The notes beneath the pieces were generated by a model that did not search any database, was not told the DNA's origin, and saw only the letters and a program-made list of their open reading frames with translations. DNA of 64,000 bases. Origin: an uncultured delta proteobacterium (GTDB lineage Bacteria; Desulfobacterota; Binatia; Binatales; Binataceae). Both the position numbers and the translations under genes were made by a program. The stretch spans positions 800,001 through 864,000 of the forward strand of contig CAWCDG010000004.1 in the NCBI GenBank assembly GCA_963794325.1, given 5' to 3'. Of this stretch, positions 47,745 to 56,832 are shown piece after piece. Positions within the stretch are counted from its first letter, which is position 1; every line of letters starts with the position of its first letter.

Positions 47745-48866
47745 TCAGATCCTCAAGCTTGGCGTGATCGGCATCGGCTGCCCGTGATTTTTGAGCGAGC
47801 GATCGGCCGCTTCCAGAACTTTCACGACTCGCAGACCGCTGTTACCGTCGCTGTTCGGAGAGATGCCGCGCTTGACGCAATCGACGAAGTGATCGCATTC
47901 CACCTTGAGCGGTTCGGATTCGTCGATCCGCGGGATATTCACATCGCCGTAGCGGTACGAAAGCTTAAAATCGCCGAACGTGTCGTAGTACGGATGCTTG
48001 GTCACGCCCTTGTCGTAGACCCGAATTTTTTCCTGCGGCGCCGTGTCGTCGTACACCAGCATCTTGCGCGATCCGACAATCGTCGTCCGCCGGATTTTGT
48101 TCGGGTCGAGCCAGCTCACGTGGACGAAGGCGATCACGTTGTTGTCAAAGCGCATCGTGATCAGCGCGACGTCTTCGACGTGATCGTGATAATGGCTCTC
48201 GCCCTGGCAGGTCACCTCGATCGGCATCTGGCCAAGCAACATCAGGATGATCGAGATGTCGTGAGTCGCCAGGTCCCAGGCCACGTTGACGTCGCGGCGA
48301 AACAGTCCCAGATTCGCGCGCACCGAGCTGATGTAGAAAATGTCGCCCAGCTCTCCGCTGTCGATGAGCTCGCGGATCTTTATCACCGGTGCGCTGTACT
48401 CGAAGGTGTGCCCCGCCATCAGCGTGACATCGCGCTCGCGCGCCATCCGGATCAGCACCTCGGCCTGCTCGCATGAGGTGGCGAGCGGCTTCTCGACCAG
48501 CGTCGATTTGCCCGCTTTCAGGCATCGGCTTGCGATTTCGAAGTGAGTGTTTACCGGCGTCGCTACCACCACCGCGTCCACCCGCGGATCGTTCAACACC
48601 TGGTTAAGGTCTTCAGTTACCAGGACCGACGGGTACATGCTTTTGATGTGATCGAGGCGTTCGCGGCTGAAGTCGCAGCAGACGACCCGCTCGACTCCCT
48701 GTGCCTGGGAAAAATTTCGCACCCAGTTCGGTCCCCAATAGCCGAGCCCAACAATCGCGATACCGCGCATCTGGCGCTGAGTTGAATAGCTGGGAACAAT
48801 CGACGGCAGGTGAAACCCGTTGCTTGAACCGGCCAGGTTGCCATTGACTGAAATCACGTCTTCCAT
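47745..48866 (-). CDS. Gfo/Idh/MocA oxidoreductase (WbpB-like)
   Basis: GLGYWG, EKPLA, WDLATHD; start trimmed to ATG 48866. Confidence 0.9.
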   Translation of the reverse strand: MEDVISVNGNLAGSSNGFHLPSIVPSYSTQRQMRGIAIVGLGYWGPNWVRNFSQAQGVERVVCCDFSRERLDHIKSMYPSVLVTEDLNQVLNDPRVDAVVVATPVNTHFEIASRCLKAGKSTLVEKPLATSCEQAEVLIRMARERDVTLMAGHTFEYSAPVIKIRELIDSGELGDIFYISSVRANLGLFRRDVNVAWDLATHDISIILMLLGQMPIEVTCQGESHYHDHVEDVALITMRFDNNVIAFVHVSWLDPNKIRRTTIVGSRKMLVYDDTAPQEKIRVYDKGVTKHPYYDTFGDFKLSYRYGDVNIPRIDESEPLKVECDHFVDCVKRGISPNSDGNSGLRVVKVLEAADRSLKNHGQPMPITPSLRI

Positions 48867-48868
48867 CA

Positions 48869-49633
48869 CTAAGCCTCCATTCCGAACAATCGCCGAACCA
48901 GCGTCGGCAGCGGCGATTTGTATCCATTCAAAATCACCCCGGCGACGGGATGACCTGTGTTGCGTAGCAAATTTACTGTGGCGATCATTTCCGCCCGATC
49001 CGTCCGCAGATGTCGCGCGACGACCAGGATCGGATCGTTCGGCCGAGCCAGCGCCAGCATTCGCGGATCCAGGCGCACCACGCCGAGGTCGATAACCGCC
49101 AGCCGGTAGCGCGCCAGCAATTCGTCCATGTCCTCGATCATTCGAGCCGGATGATCCCCCAGTTCCATCTGCTCGGGCCGCGCCGTCTCGAGCCGCGGCC
49201 ATCCGGTAGCTTGCACGGCAATCGAAGTACCGGCGGACGTAGTCAGCGCCGGGACGCCGGCGCGTCCGAACAAAGGATGCATCGGCGTTACCCGCGACTG
49301 ACCTTCAACCAGTACCGTTCGGGCCGCCAATCGCTGACTCAGGTCCAGCGCCATCGCGGCAGCCACCGTGGACACGCCGTCACCCGGTCTGCAGCCGGTC
49401 ATCAATATGCGGGCCGGACCGTTGTATGCGCTCGCGGCTCCCAACTGCTCGCTCAAGTTGCGGATAGCGCCGCTCGAGGCAATCGAATCGAGCAACCCTT
49501 GCGCCTCCAGGATCGGAACCAGCGCCATCGGTTGAGTGCGCGCGGCAACCTCGGAAGGTGGCCTGGTTCTGGGATCGGAATAGGGAACCAATCCTGTTTT
49601 GCGGCGCTCCATTGCCTGGAAATATCTGCTCAT
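48869..49633 (-). CDS. CpsD/CapB-like BY-kinase homolog with degenerate Walker A
   Basis: MSRYFQAM start, PGDGVST, VID, GVILN...LP..VRRL. Confidence 0.75.
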   Translation of the reverse strand: MSRYFQAMERRKTGLVPYSDPRTRPPSEVAARTQPMALVPILEAQGLLDSIASSGAIRNLSEQLGAASAYNGPARILMTGCRPGDGVSTVAAAMALDLSQRLAARTVLVEGQSRVTPMHPLFGRAGVPALTTSAGTSIAVQATGWPRLETARPEQMELGDHPARMIEDMDELLARYRLAVIDLGVVRLDPRMLALARPNDPILVVARHLRTDRAEMIATVNLLRNTGHPVAGVILNGYKSPLPTLVRRLFGMEA

Positions 49634-49652
49634 TGCTATTGCCTCTTGGTGA

Positions 49653-51197
49653 TCATTTGCGGATTTGGCTCACACGGATGGACTGACCGGGAAAGATGAG
49701 ATTCATGTTCTTGATTTCGGGATTCGCCGCGGTCAATCGGCCAAGTTCATCGGTTCCGAACGAACCATAAATTCTTTTCGCTATTTTGCTGATCGTGTCG
49801 CCGGTGCTGACGACTACGGTGTCGCCCTGACTGCGACCGTTGTCGCCTTCTTCCCCCGAAGCTTTTGCCGGCGCCGAAATATTTTCAGCCGGTGACAGCT
49901 TCACCGGAATTATATTGGCGGCCGGGTTCGTTTCAGGTTTCGATTTTTCCGGAAGCGGGAGATCAGTCGTCGAAGGCCCTTCGATAGGCCCGCGCATGAT
50001 CAATTCGTTCGCGCTGCCCGCGGAGCCGTCATGAACGTTGAGCGGGGCTAGCGTGATCGGCTTCGGCGCCGGCTTCGCGATCTGATCAGGTCGGGTTTTG
50101 AATTGCGCCGGAGACCATTGCGCAAGCATTTGCGCTTGCGGCCGCTGGTCTTGCGATGCGTATCGCGCGGTCAGCGCCGTGAGCGTCTCGCGCAAGGGCC
50201 GCACCTCGGAAATTCCCGCTCCTACGATCGCCAGCAGGCAGATTGCCGTGAGCGCTCCTGCCGCCGCCGCGCGAATCACCGGCCTGCGCGGGGCCGCCGG
50301 CCGCGATGTCCGCCCGAGCCTCGCCGACGCAGATCTGATTGCCTCGCTAACCGACGCCGCCATCTGCACCGGCACCGACTCTCTGCTCGCGAGCAGGCGG
50401 TCGTAGTCGTGCGCGGCGTCTCGCACGTGTTCAACCGAAGCGGACTCTTCACCCTCCGAGTAAGCGAGCATCAATGCGTTGTGGCAGAGCACGTTGATTC
50501 GCCGCGGAATCCCGCCGCTCGCGCGCATCAGTTCCCGGATAGCGCCGCGCGTGAAGAGCCGCTCGATATCACCGCCGCGCGATCGCAGCCGATACTCGAC
50601 GTAGTCGTAGATCTCTTTGCCCTGCAAAACTGGCAGCAATGCGCGCGCGCCGATCCGCTGATTCAGTTGGCGTAGTCGTGGTGCCGACAGCCTTCTGGCG
50701 AGCTCGATTTGCCCCACCAGCACGATCTGCAGCCGCCTGCGCTCGAGTGATTGAAAGTTGGACAACAGCCGCAGGTCCTCGAGCGAGTCGTCGCTCAGGT
50801 CCTGCGCTTCGTCGATGATAAGCGCGACGCACTCATCCGGCCCGAGGCTGGCGAGCTGCGCATCGAACGCCTCCAGCAAAGCCAATTTGTCCGAGGTCTG
50901 GGGTTTGATGTCGCCGAGCTGGCCGAGAATCTGGCGCAGCATCTCGACGAAGCTAAGCCGTGGATTCGCCACCCACGCGCTGCGAACTCCCTGATGGCTG
51001 CTCGCGAGGAGCGAGTAGATGAGCGTAGTCTTGCCGGCTCCGATTTCGCCGACCAGCATCGTGAATCCACTCGGCTCGCGCAGGCCCCATTCGAGCGCCG
51101 CCAGTCCTTCGCGATGCCCCGCGCTCATGAAGAGCACCGACGCCGACGGATTGAACTCGAAGGGCGCGCCGCTTAGTCCGAAGTGTTCGTAATACAT
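49653..51197 (-). CDS. ExeA-like AAA ATPase with TM segment and C-terminal LysM
   Basis: MYYEHFGL..APF, GEIGAGKT, IIDEAQ, GIPRRIN; LysM GDTISKIA...NLIFPGQSI. Confidence 0.9.
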   Translation of the reverse strand: MYYEHFGLSGAPFEFNPSASVLFMSAGHREGLAALEWGLREPSGFTMLVGEIGAGKTTLIYSLLASSHQGVRSAWVANPRLSFVEMLRQILGQLGDIKPQTSDKLALLEAFDAQLASLGPDECVALIIDEAQDLSDDSLEDLRLLSNFQSLERRRLQIVLVGQIELARRLSAPRLRQLNQRIGARALLPVLQGKEIYDYVEYRLRSRGGDIERLFTRGAIRELMRASGGIPRRINVLCHNALMLAYSEGEESASVEHVRDAAHDYDRLLASRESVPVQMAASVSEAIRSASARLGRTSRPAAPRRPVIRAAAAGALTAICLLAIVGAGISEVRPLRETLTALTARYASQDQRPQAQMLAQWSPAQFKTRPDQIAKPAPKPITLAPLNVHDGSAGSANELIMRGPIEGPSTTDLPLPEKSKPETNPAANIIPVKLSPAENISAPAKASGEEGDNGRSQGDTVVVSTGDTISKIAKRIYGSFGTDELGRLTAANPEIKNMNLIFPGQSIRVSQIRK

Positions 51198-51202
51198 ATC
51201 GG

Positions 51203-52705
51203 CTACATCCTGTCGTCGAGAACAGCGACCGTGCTGAGCCCGGTGTCTTTGAAAATCGAAGCCGTCGAGCAAATCCTCGGATCGAATTCTTCGGACCAGT
51301 ACGCCGCGGCGCACCCGAGGATCAGCGCGAACAGCAGTCCCGCAATCAGGTTCAGCATGATTCGCGGAGAGACCGGCTCGATCGGCATGGTCGGCGCCTG
51401 CACGACGCTGACATTGAGAATCCGGCTCTGGTTGAGCGCCTCGGCTGCGCGCGCTTCTTCACCCTTGCGCACGTAAGAGAGGTAAGCTTCCTTGTCGCTT
51501 TCGACCTGCCGCTCGAGCCGCTCGATCGTAACGCCGTCAGTGGTCATCAGTTTGAGCTGATCGCGAAGCGATGCGACTTGAGCCGCTTGTGTAGTCTGGG
51601 CGGCCTTGAACGATGCTGCCTCCGCCCGCGCCTTGGCCAACTCGCCATCGAGTGCCTGCCAGGTCGGATTCACGTCGGTGGTGGTCTCCTGCACGTTGCT
51701 CTGTTTCTCGCGCGCCAGGATGTCGTGGCCAGCCTTCAGCTTGGCGTCGATCTCGCGGATTCGCTGACTGCCCGGCTGGTAGCGGCTGAGCAGCTCCGCG
51801 CGATTGGTCTCGAGGGTGAGCATCTGCGGCTTCAACTGCTGCAGCGCAAAATTCTGGACCGTTTTCGATTCCCTGGTCTGTTCCTGCGGCGTCGCTTTCA
51901 GCTCGGCTTCCTCGCTGGCGATTTGCTGCGTCTTGGAATCGAGCATCACGGTGGTCGAGCGATAGTTCGCCTCGGCCGCGTACAGTTGAGTTATCTGCGC
52001 CTGTTGCTGCTGGCTGAATTGCGAGATTCCAGTTTGCAATTCGGTGCCGCGAAGCTCTTTTTCCGATTGCTGCAGTCGTTGGTCGAGCAAATCTCGCTGC
52101 TGCTGAAAAAACGCCTGCGCCTGCGGGTTCTGCGACAGCCGCCCATGCAGCGCCAGGTATTGGGTCATCAACTCAGCCAGGAATGCCTGCGCCCAAACTG
52201 CGTCATGCGATCGAATCGAGACCTCAATGATGTTCGAGCGCTTGATGACCGTCGCGCTCAAGTGATTCGAAATTTTCTGAATCTCTTCCTGGTTCGAACT
52301 CGCGCGCGGACCCCCGTGCATCGCCAGGTACGCGTCGCCCGGCAGACTGATGACTGAGGCGACAAGGTCTCGCACGCCGCCGCTGCGGGCACTCGTTTTC
52401 ATGCCGGCCAGCGCCTGCTGGATCAGGATTGGACTGGTCAGCAACTCAACTTCGGAATTGAGATCCTGTTCGCCGACCGGAACCGTTTGGGTCGCTTGGT
52501 TGGCCGCGTCTTCCTTCAGCCCCGGCGAAACCAGCAGTTGCGCCCGATTGGATTGAACCAGGATTTCGGAAACCGAGTCGTAGCTCGGCGCCCATAACAG
52601 TGAGCCGATCGCGATCACGCCGAATACAATCAACCCGACTCGGAGCGCCAGCGTCTTGCGCCGGAATATCTGCTCTACCCAATTCATCAAAGTTTCGTTG
52701 TTCAT
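51203..52705 (-). CDS. Polysaccharide co-polymerase (Wzc N-terminal / GumC-like)
   Basis: Two TM segments, NSEVELL, long coiled coil, P..P..PVSP motif. Confidence 0.9.
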   Translation of the reverse strand: MNNETLMNWVEQIFRRKTLALRVGLIVFGVIAIGSLLWAPSYDSVSEILVQSNRAQLLVSPGLKEDAANQATQTVPVGEQDLNSEVELLTSPILIQQALAGMKTSARSGGVRDLVASVISLPGDAYLAMHGGPRASSNQEEIQKISNHLSATVIKRSNIIEVSIRSHDAVWAQAFLAELMTQYLALHGRLSQNPQAQAFFQQQRDLLDQRLQQSEKELRGTELQTGISQFSQQQQAQITQLYAAEANYRSTTVMLDSKTQQIASEEAELKATPQEQTRESKTVQNFALQQLKPQMLTLETNRAELLSRYQPGSQRIREIDAKLKAGHDILAREKQSNVQETTTDVNPTWQALDGELAKARAEAASFKAAQTTQAAQVASLRDQLKLMTTDGVTIERLERQVESDKEAYLSYVRKGEEARAAEALNQSRILNVSVVQAPTMPIEPVSPRIMLNLIAGLLFALILGCAAAYWSEEFDPRICSTASIFKDTGLSTVAVLDDRM

Positions 52706-52723
52706 CTGATTAACCCTCGAGGC

Positions 52724-53464
52724 CTAAAGAAATCCCGGCGCGATAACCGTTTCGAGCGGCATCGCGTCGCGCACGTACTGCTTGATGTTGAGATCGAACT
52801 GCGCGATTCCGCTGCGCGGAACGATCAGCAGGTCCGCCGGCATCAGCGCCACGTCTTCTTCGTTGTTCTTCTGGTTCAGTACCTTGTCGAGTTGCAGCTT
52901 CTCGCCGTGCGGGTTCCCGCACGCGTCACGCCTGATGAGCACCACCTTGCTGGCGCCGGCCGCGTCAGTCAGTCCGCCCGACGCCGCGATCGCCTGGATT
53001 GCGGTCATCCCGGGTTGCAGCGGCACCGCGCCCGGCTTGGCCACTTGACCCTCGACGTACACCACCTGCCACGGGCTCTTGTCGATTCGGACCGTGCTCT
53101 TCGGATCCCGAAGTTCCAGCGCATAGAGCTGGTCGAGAGATTTTTCGAGCTGCTCCGGCGTGAGTCCCTGCGCGTGAACATTGCCGGCCACCGGTATCGA
53201 GATGTCGCCGTCGAGCCGGACGGTAAGATTCTGATGAAGTTCCGGACTCAGGTAGAAACTGACGTCGAGCTGATCGCCCGGCTGGATCCGATACGCGCGC
53301 GGCTCGTCGATTGCCGCCGTAACGTCGCACGCCGGAGACGCCGCCACGGCGGACGCACCTCTGATGTCGGACTCCTCCGGATTCTTCGTCGCGCATCCCA
53401 TCCAAAGCGACGCGCAGCACAACAGGGCGAGTACCGATAATTTTGTTTTCATACTTTTTGCCAC
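52724..53464 (-). CDS. wza: Polysaccharide export lipoprotein (OPX)
   Basis: WMGC lipobox, YRIQPGD, DGDISIP, V.GQV.KPG, AIA..GG. Confidence 0.92.
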   Translation of the reverse strand: MAKSMKTKLSVLALLCCASLWMGCATKNPEESDIRGASAVAASPACDVTAAIDEPRAYRIQPGDQLDVSFYLSPELHQNLTVRLDGDISIPVAGNVHAQGLTPEQLEKSLDQLYALELRDPKSTVRIDKSPWQVVYVEGQVAKPGAVPLQPGMTAIQAIAASGGLTDAAGASKVVLIRRDACGNPHGEKLQLDKVLNQKNNEEDVALMPADLLIVPRSGIAQFDLNIKQYVRDAMPLETVIAPGFL

Positions 53465-53781
53465 CAGCGTTACGTGAGTACGCGATCCGACGTGTTAATC
53501 ATCTGAGATTCGCGCTGTGTGAGAAGATGACAGAAAAGGATGGAAGAAGCAAGTCAAGATAAATTCAAATAGGTAAACATAATTCAATTTAGAAAACTAA
53601 GTGATTTATTTTAACTTTATAGGCTTGTATTAGCTTTCACAGCATGCTAGTGGTTAGCGAAACAAGCAATACATGTTCAGCCACAACTGATGAGAACAAC
53701 AACTTACAAAGGGAAATACGATGAATTCGAGAGATCCAATGACCCACAGCGCGAGGCTATCCTGATGAGACCCTCGCGAGC

Positions 53782-54066
53782 TTGCCCGCAGATCCGGATC
53801 AAATGGAGCTGTTAGCCAAAGGCCAGCACATGGCGGAACGGATGCTCACTTTGCGTGAGGTCTCCGACTATTTGAATGTGAATCCAGCCACCGTTCGCCG
53901 GCTGGTGAGGTCAGGCCAGTTGCGCGCTATCAGGGTCGGGCGGGATCTGCGCTTCGAAGTGCGCGTCGTCGATCAATGGGTGGCGGGCGGCGGCACCCTT
54001 CCTGGACAATCGGAGCCAACAGTCAGAATCGATTTGAACGACCGGCGCAAATCGAGCCAGCCTTAA
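53782..54066 (+). CDS. Excisionase-family (HTH_17/MerR-like) DNA-binding protein
   Basis: MLTLREVSDYLNV...TVRRLV..G.L.A.RVG..LRF; start could be 53803 or 53830. Confidence 0.85.
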   Translation: MPADPDQMELLAKGQHMAERMLTLREVSDYLNVNPATVRRLVRSGQLRAIRVGRDLRFEVRVVDQWVAGGGTLPGQSEPTVRIDLNDRRKSSQP

Positions 54067-54071
54067 CTGGA

Positions 54072-54281
54072 CTAGGCGGACGTTGGTCTTCTGGCTCTTT
54101 GCAGAAAGGCTTCGACGTCGCCGCGTCGAAAGCGCTTGATTCGACCTATCGCATGACACGTAAGCTCGCCTCGTCTAACCATCCGGTAGATGGTCATCGG
54201 GGTCAGTTGCAGCAATTCAGCGAGTTGCCCCACAGTATAGAATTCAGGCGGGTCGTCTTTTCTCAATCGCGATCGTGGCAT
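54072..54281 (-). CDS. Excisionase-family (HTH_17) DNA-binding protein
   Basis: FYTVGQLAELLQL..MTIYRMV..GEL....IGR.KRF; strong RBS. Confidence 0.88.
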   Translation of the reverse strand: MPRSRLRKDDPPEFYTVGQLAELLQLTPMTIYRMVRRGELTCHAIGRIKRFRRGDVEAFLQRARRPTSA

Positions 54282-54592
54282 CTTTTCCCTCTTCCCTTCC
54301 TCACAGCCTCATTAACATCCACGGCCATCCTTAAGTAATACATCACCTTTGTCAAGCTTTACTTATGCTAAACATCAGTATTCTATTGACCCAATGCTTG
54401 TGCGCGACTGTCATATACTGCATTTTACAAGACTTCATTGGATTTGTAGAAATGAACGCAATTTACTCTACTTAGGTTATTCGAAGCACCGCATATCTCT
54501 TATTTTCTTTTAATCATTGATTTTTATTTGATTTAACTTTCTTATCCCGATACTCCTTACATTGTTCAGTCAAATCCCCGGGAGGGACTCCC

Positions 54593-54934
54593 ATGATGAT
54601 GAGAAAGTTTCAATATCTAGACAGAGCACCCGCACTGCGCCCAGTCGCCGCCCAAGCTTCGTGCTGCACCCCCAATTCACCATGCCTCAAATGCTCGATG
54701 ATTCGGTTGACCAGCCACCGCTTCGCGATGTTCTCCAAACAGTTCGGCCGCTTGCCCGAGCAGAACGACGAGTTGTTTTTCGATAAGACGCTGTCTCATC
54801 CGGTTCGCGCCACCCGTGACGAAATAAGGACCCAGGTTCTTGAAGCGTCAGAGGTTCACGGCCTCAACTGCTTCTCGCTGCTCAGCTTCCTCGGCCTGAG
54901 CACACCTTCGACCCTCGACGAGCAGGCGCTGTAA
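54593..54934 (+). CDS. Hypothetical protein
   Basis: GGAGG RBS; F.KQFGR.P..NDELFFD motif-like segment; Cys-containing N-terminus. Confidence 0.65.
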   Translation: MMMRKFQYLDRAPALRPVAAQASCCTPNSPCLKCSMIRLTSHRFAMFSKQFGRLPEQNDELFFDKTLSHPVRATRDEIRTQVLEASEVHGLNCFSLLSFLGLSTPSTLDEQAL

Positions 54935-55104
54935 GACCGGAAGTCCTCGGCCCCACAGGGAATCAGCGGATAGAAATGTCTATGGGAATGGCGTCGTCGA
55001 GGTAAAACTCGACGGCGCTGGGCCAAATCGTGGGCCGCCACTCTCCTGGAATCTCCGAGAGCCTGATTCTAAATCACGACCGGCACAATGGTCCGGCTCG
55101 TTCG

Positions 55105-55323
55105 CTATTGTCGGGCTTCGCCCGCAGGCTGCCTCGAATTCTCGAGGAATGTCTCGACGTCATCGCGTCGGAACCGCTTGATCCGCCCGATCGCGTGGCA
55201 AGCCAACTCGCCCCGTCTGACCATGCGGTAGATCGTCATAGGCGTCAGTTGGAGCAAATCAGCCAGCTGGCCGACGGTATAAAACTCAGGCTGGTCGTCG
55301 TTTCTCGGTCGTGTTCCTTGCAT
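55105..55323 (-). CDS. Excisionase-family (HTH_17) DNA-binding protein, paralog of 54072-54281
   Basis: 45/49 identical core residues with the 54072-54281 protein. Confidence 0.88.
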   Translation of the reverse strand: MQGTRPRNDDQPEFYTVGQLADLLQLTPMTIYRMVRRGELACHAIGRIKRFRRDDVETFLENSRQPAGEARQ

Positions 55324-55755
55324 CTGCCTTCCTTCTGTTGAACCCCTTTCGAAATTTCAGACGACATGACTATTGACTAAAACAGGGAATTAGTCAAGCC
55401 TCGAATGATCTTATTATCTACATCTTAGTAGGGAAACCGTTTCCCATTATTCGTGTACTGTCTTAATGACTTAATTTAACCACGCCTCTGCCGGTTCTCT
55501 ACAGAACAAAAATGAGACCATGCGCGTCAGGCTAGCTAACTTGCCCCGCTCCGGCGGACGCCCATCGGGTGGAGAAGCCTGAGATGCATCCGGCTTCATA
55601 CCTGGTGCCTTTTGCGCTGATTGAGCGAAGCTGCCAGGAAAATGGTTTTGGCGGCCGCGCACGGTGTTCACCTGGTCAATCGAGCATTGCGGTCGCTATT
55701 CGGAATTCTGCGAGTGATGCCGCGACTCAAGCAATCGCTGGAATTTCACGTAGCC

Positions 55756-56688
55756 TCAACGAGCCAGAAAGTCTTCCATCGCCTTTACGGTTTGAGCCGG
55801 GCTCTCCTCCTGCGGCACGTGGCCGAGCTGACTGAAGACGACCAGCTGGCTGTTGACGATGTCGTGGTGGAAACGCTCCGCATCGGATGCGGGCACGACG
55901 TGATCAAGCCCGCCCCACAGGATCAGGGTTGGGATTGCGATCGTCCTGATGCGGTCCGAGTCGGTATCGGGCTCTTGCTCGAACTGGAGAATAAACGCCC
56001 GCCGGTTTCCGGCGCGTAGGAACAACTCGTAATAGCGATCAACCAGATCCGAAGTCAGCTTGCGCGGATCGCCGTACGCCTCGATGAGGTTCTTCTTGAT
56101 GAAGCTTCGTGGCGTGACGTGCTCGATCAACCAACGGAAGACCGGAATCTTCGCCATCCGAAAGACGATAGGAGGCGATTCTCCCTCGCCGGGGTAGCCG
56201 GTCGAGTCGATCAAGACCAGACGGTAGACGAGGTCGGGCCTGGCGGCTGCGGTTTCCCAGGCGATGCTGCCACCCAGTGAATTGCCAACAAGGATGGCGT
56301 GTTTGATGCTGAGCTGATTGAGGAGGTCTTCCATGAAGCGCGTGTAGTGTTCGATCCGGTAATCGTCGTCGCGGAACTGCCCGCTAAGACCGGCGCCCGG
56401 CAAATCCAGACTGACGACACGATGCTGGCTCTTCAGCGCGGCAACCCATCCCTCCCAAGTGTGAAGGCTGGATGCCGTGCCATGGATGAGGACGATGGGA
56501 TGCGGGTCGTTGCCCGGTCCTTGATCGCGCAGATGTACCGATACTCCGTCAATCGTCACGAATTTGGAGGGTGCCGGCGCCCAGCGAGCCCGGAGGGAAT
56601 CAGCCGATCGATCTGGCGTCCATTCCACGCCAACCAGTCCTGCGACGAAGGCGAAAGCAACCGCGAGTATAATTATTGCTCTCTTCAT
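55756..56688 (-). CDS. Alpha/beta hydrolase with N-terminal anchor
   Basis: LIHG, DLPG.G.S, GNSLGG nucleophile elbow, D...GH catalytic residues. Confidence 0.92.
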   Translation of the reverse strand: MKRAIIILAVAFAFVAGLVGVEWTPDRSADSLRARWAPAPSKFVTIDGVSVHLRDQGPGNDPHPIVLIHGTASSLHTWEGWVAALKSQHRVVSLDLPGAGLSGQFRDDDYRIEHYTRFMEDLLNQLSIKHAILVGNSLGGSIAWETAAARPDLVYRLVLIDSTGYPGEGESPPIVFRMAKIPVFRWLIEHVTPRSFIKKNLIEAYGDPRKLTSDLVDRYYELFLRAGNRRAFILQFEQEPDTDSDRIRTIAIPTLILWGGLDHVVPASDAERFHHDIVNSQLVVFSQLGHVPQEESPAQTVKAMEDFLAR

Positions 56689-56832
56689 TCATGTCCTCTT
56701 TATCGGTGCGCCATTGCGGACCTGTCTTTTTCACACCGCGTCGGAGCGCAATTGCCGCGGCCCGGGCGCTTGCGTTCGGCTCATAGAAGAATATAAGCTA
56801 TTGCTCACAATTTAAACTCGCATTCTGGACGG

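Noticed and set aside
53686-53781. Two CTGATGAG motifs suggesting a hammerhead ribozyme
   Set aside because: No stem II closing onto CGAAA and no matching stems I/III or UH site could be built by eye. An Infernal search would settle it.
53782-55323. Prophage/ICE suggested by excisionase-like genes
   Set aside because: No integrase, att repeat, replication, conjugation or phage genes nearby.
55440-55755. Short ORFs between the last HTH gene and the hydrolase
   Set aside because: No consistent frame, motif or RBS; cannot support a gene.
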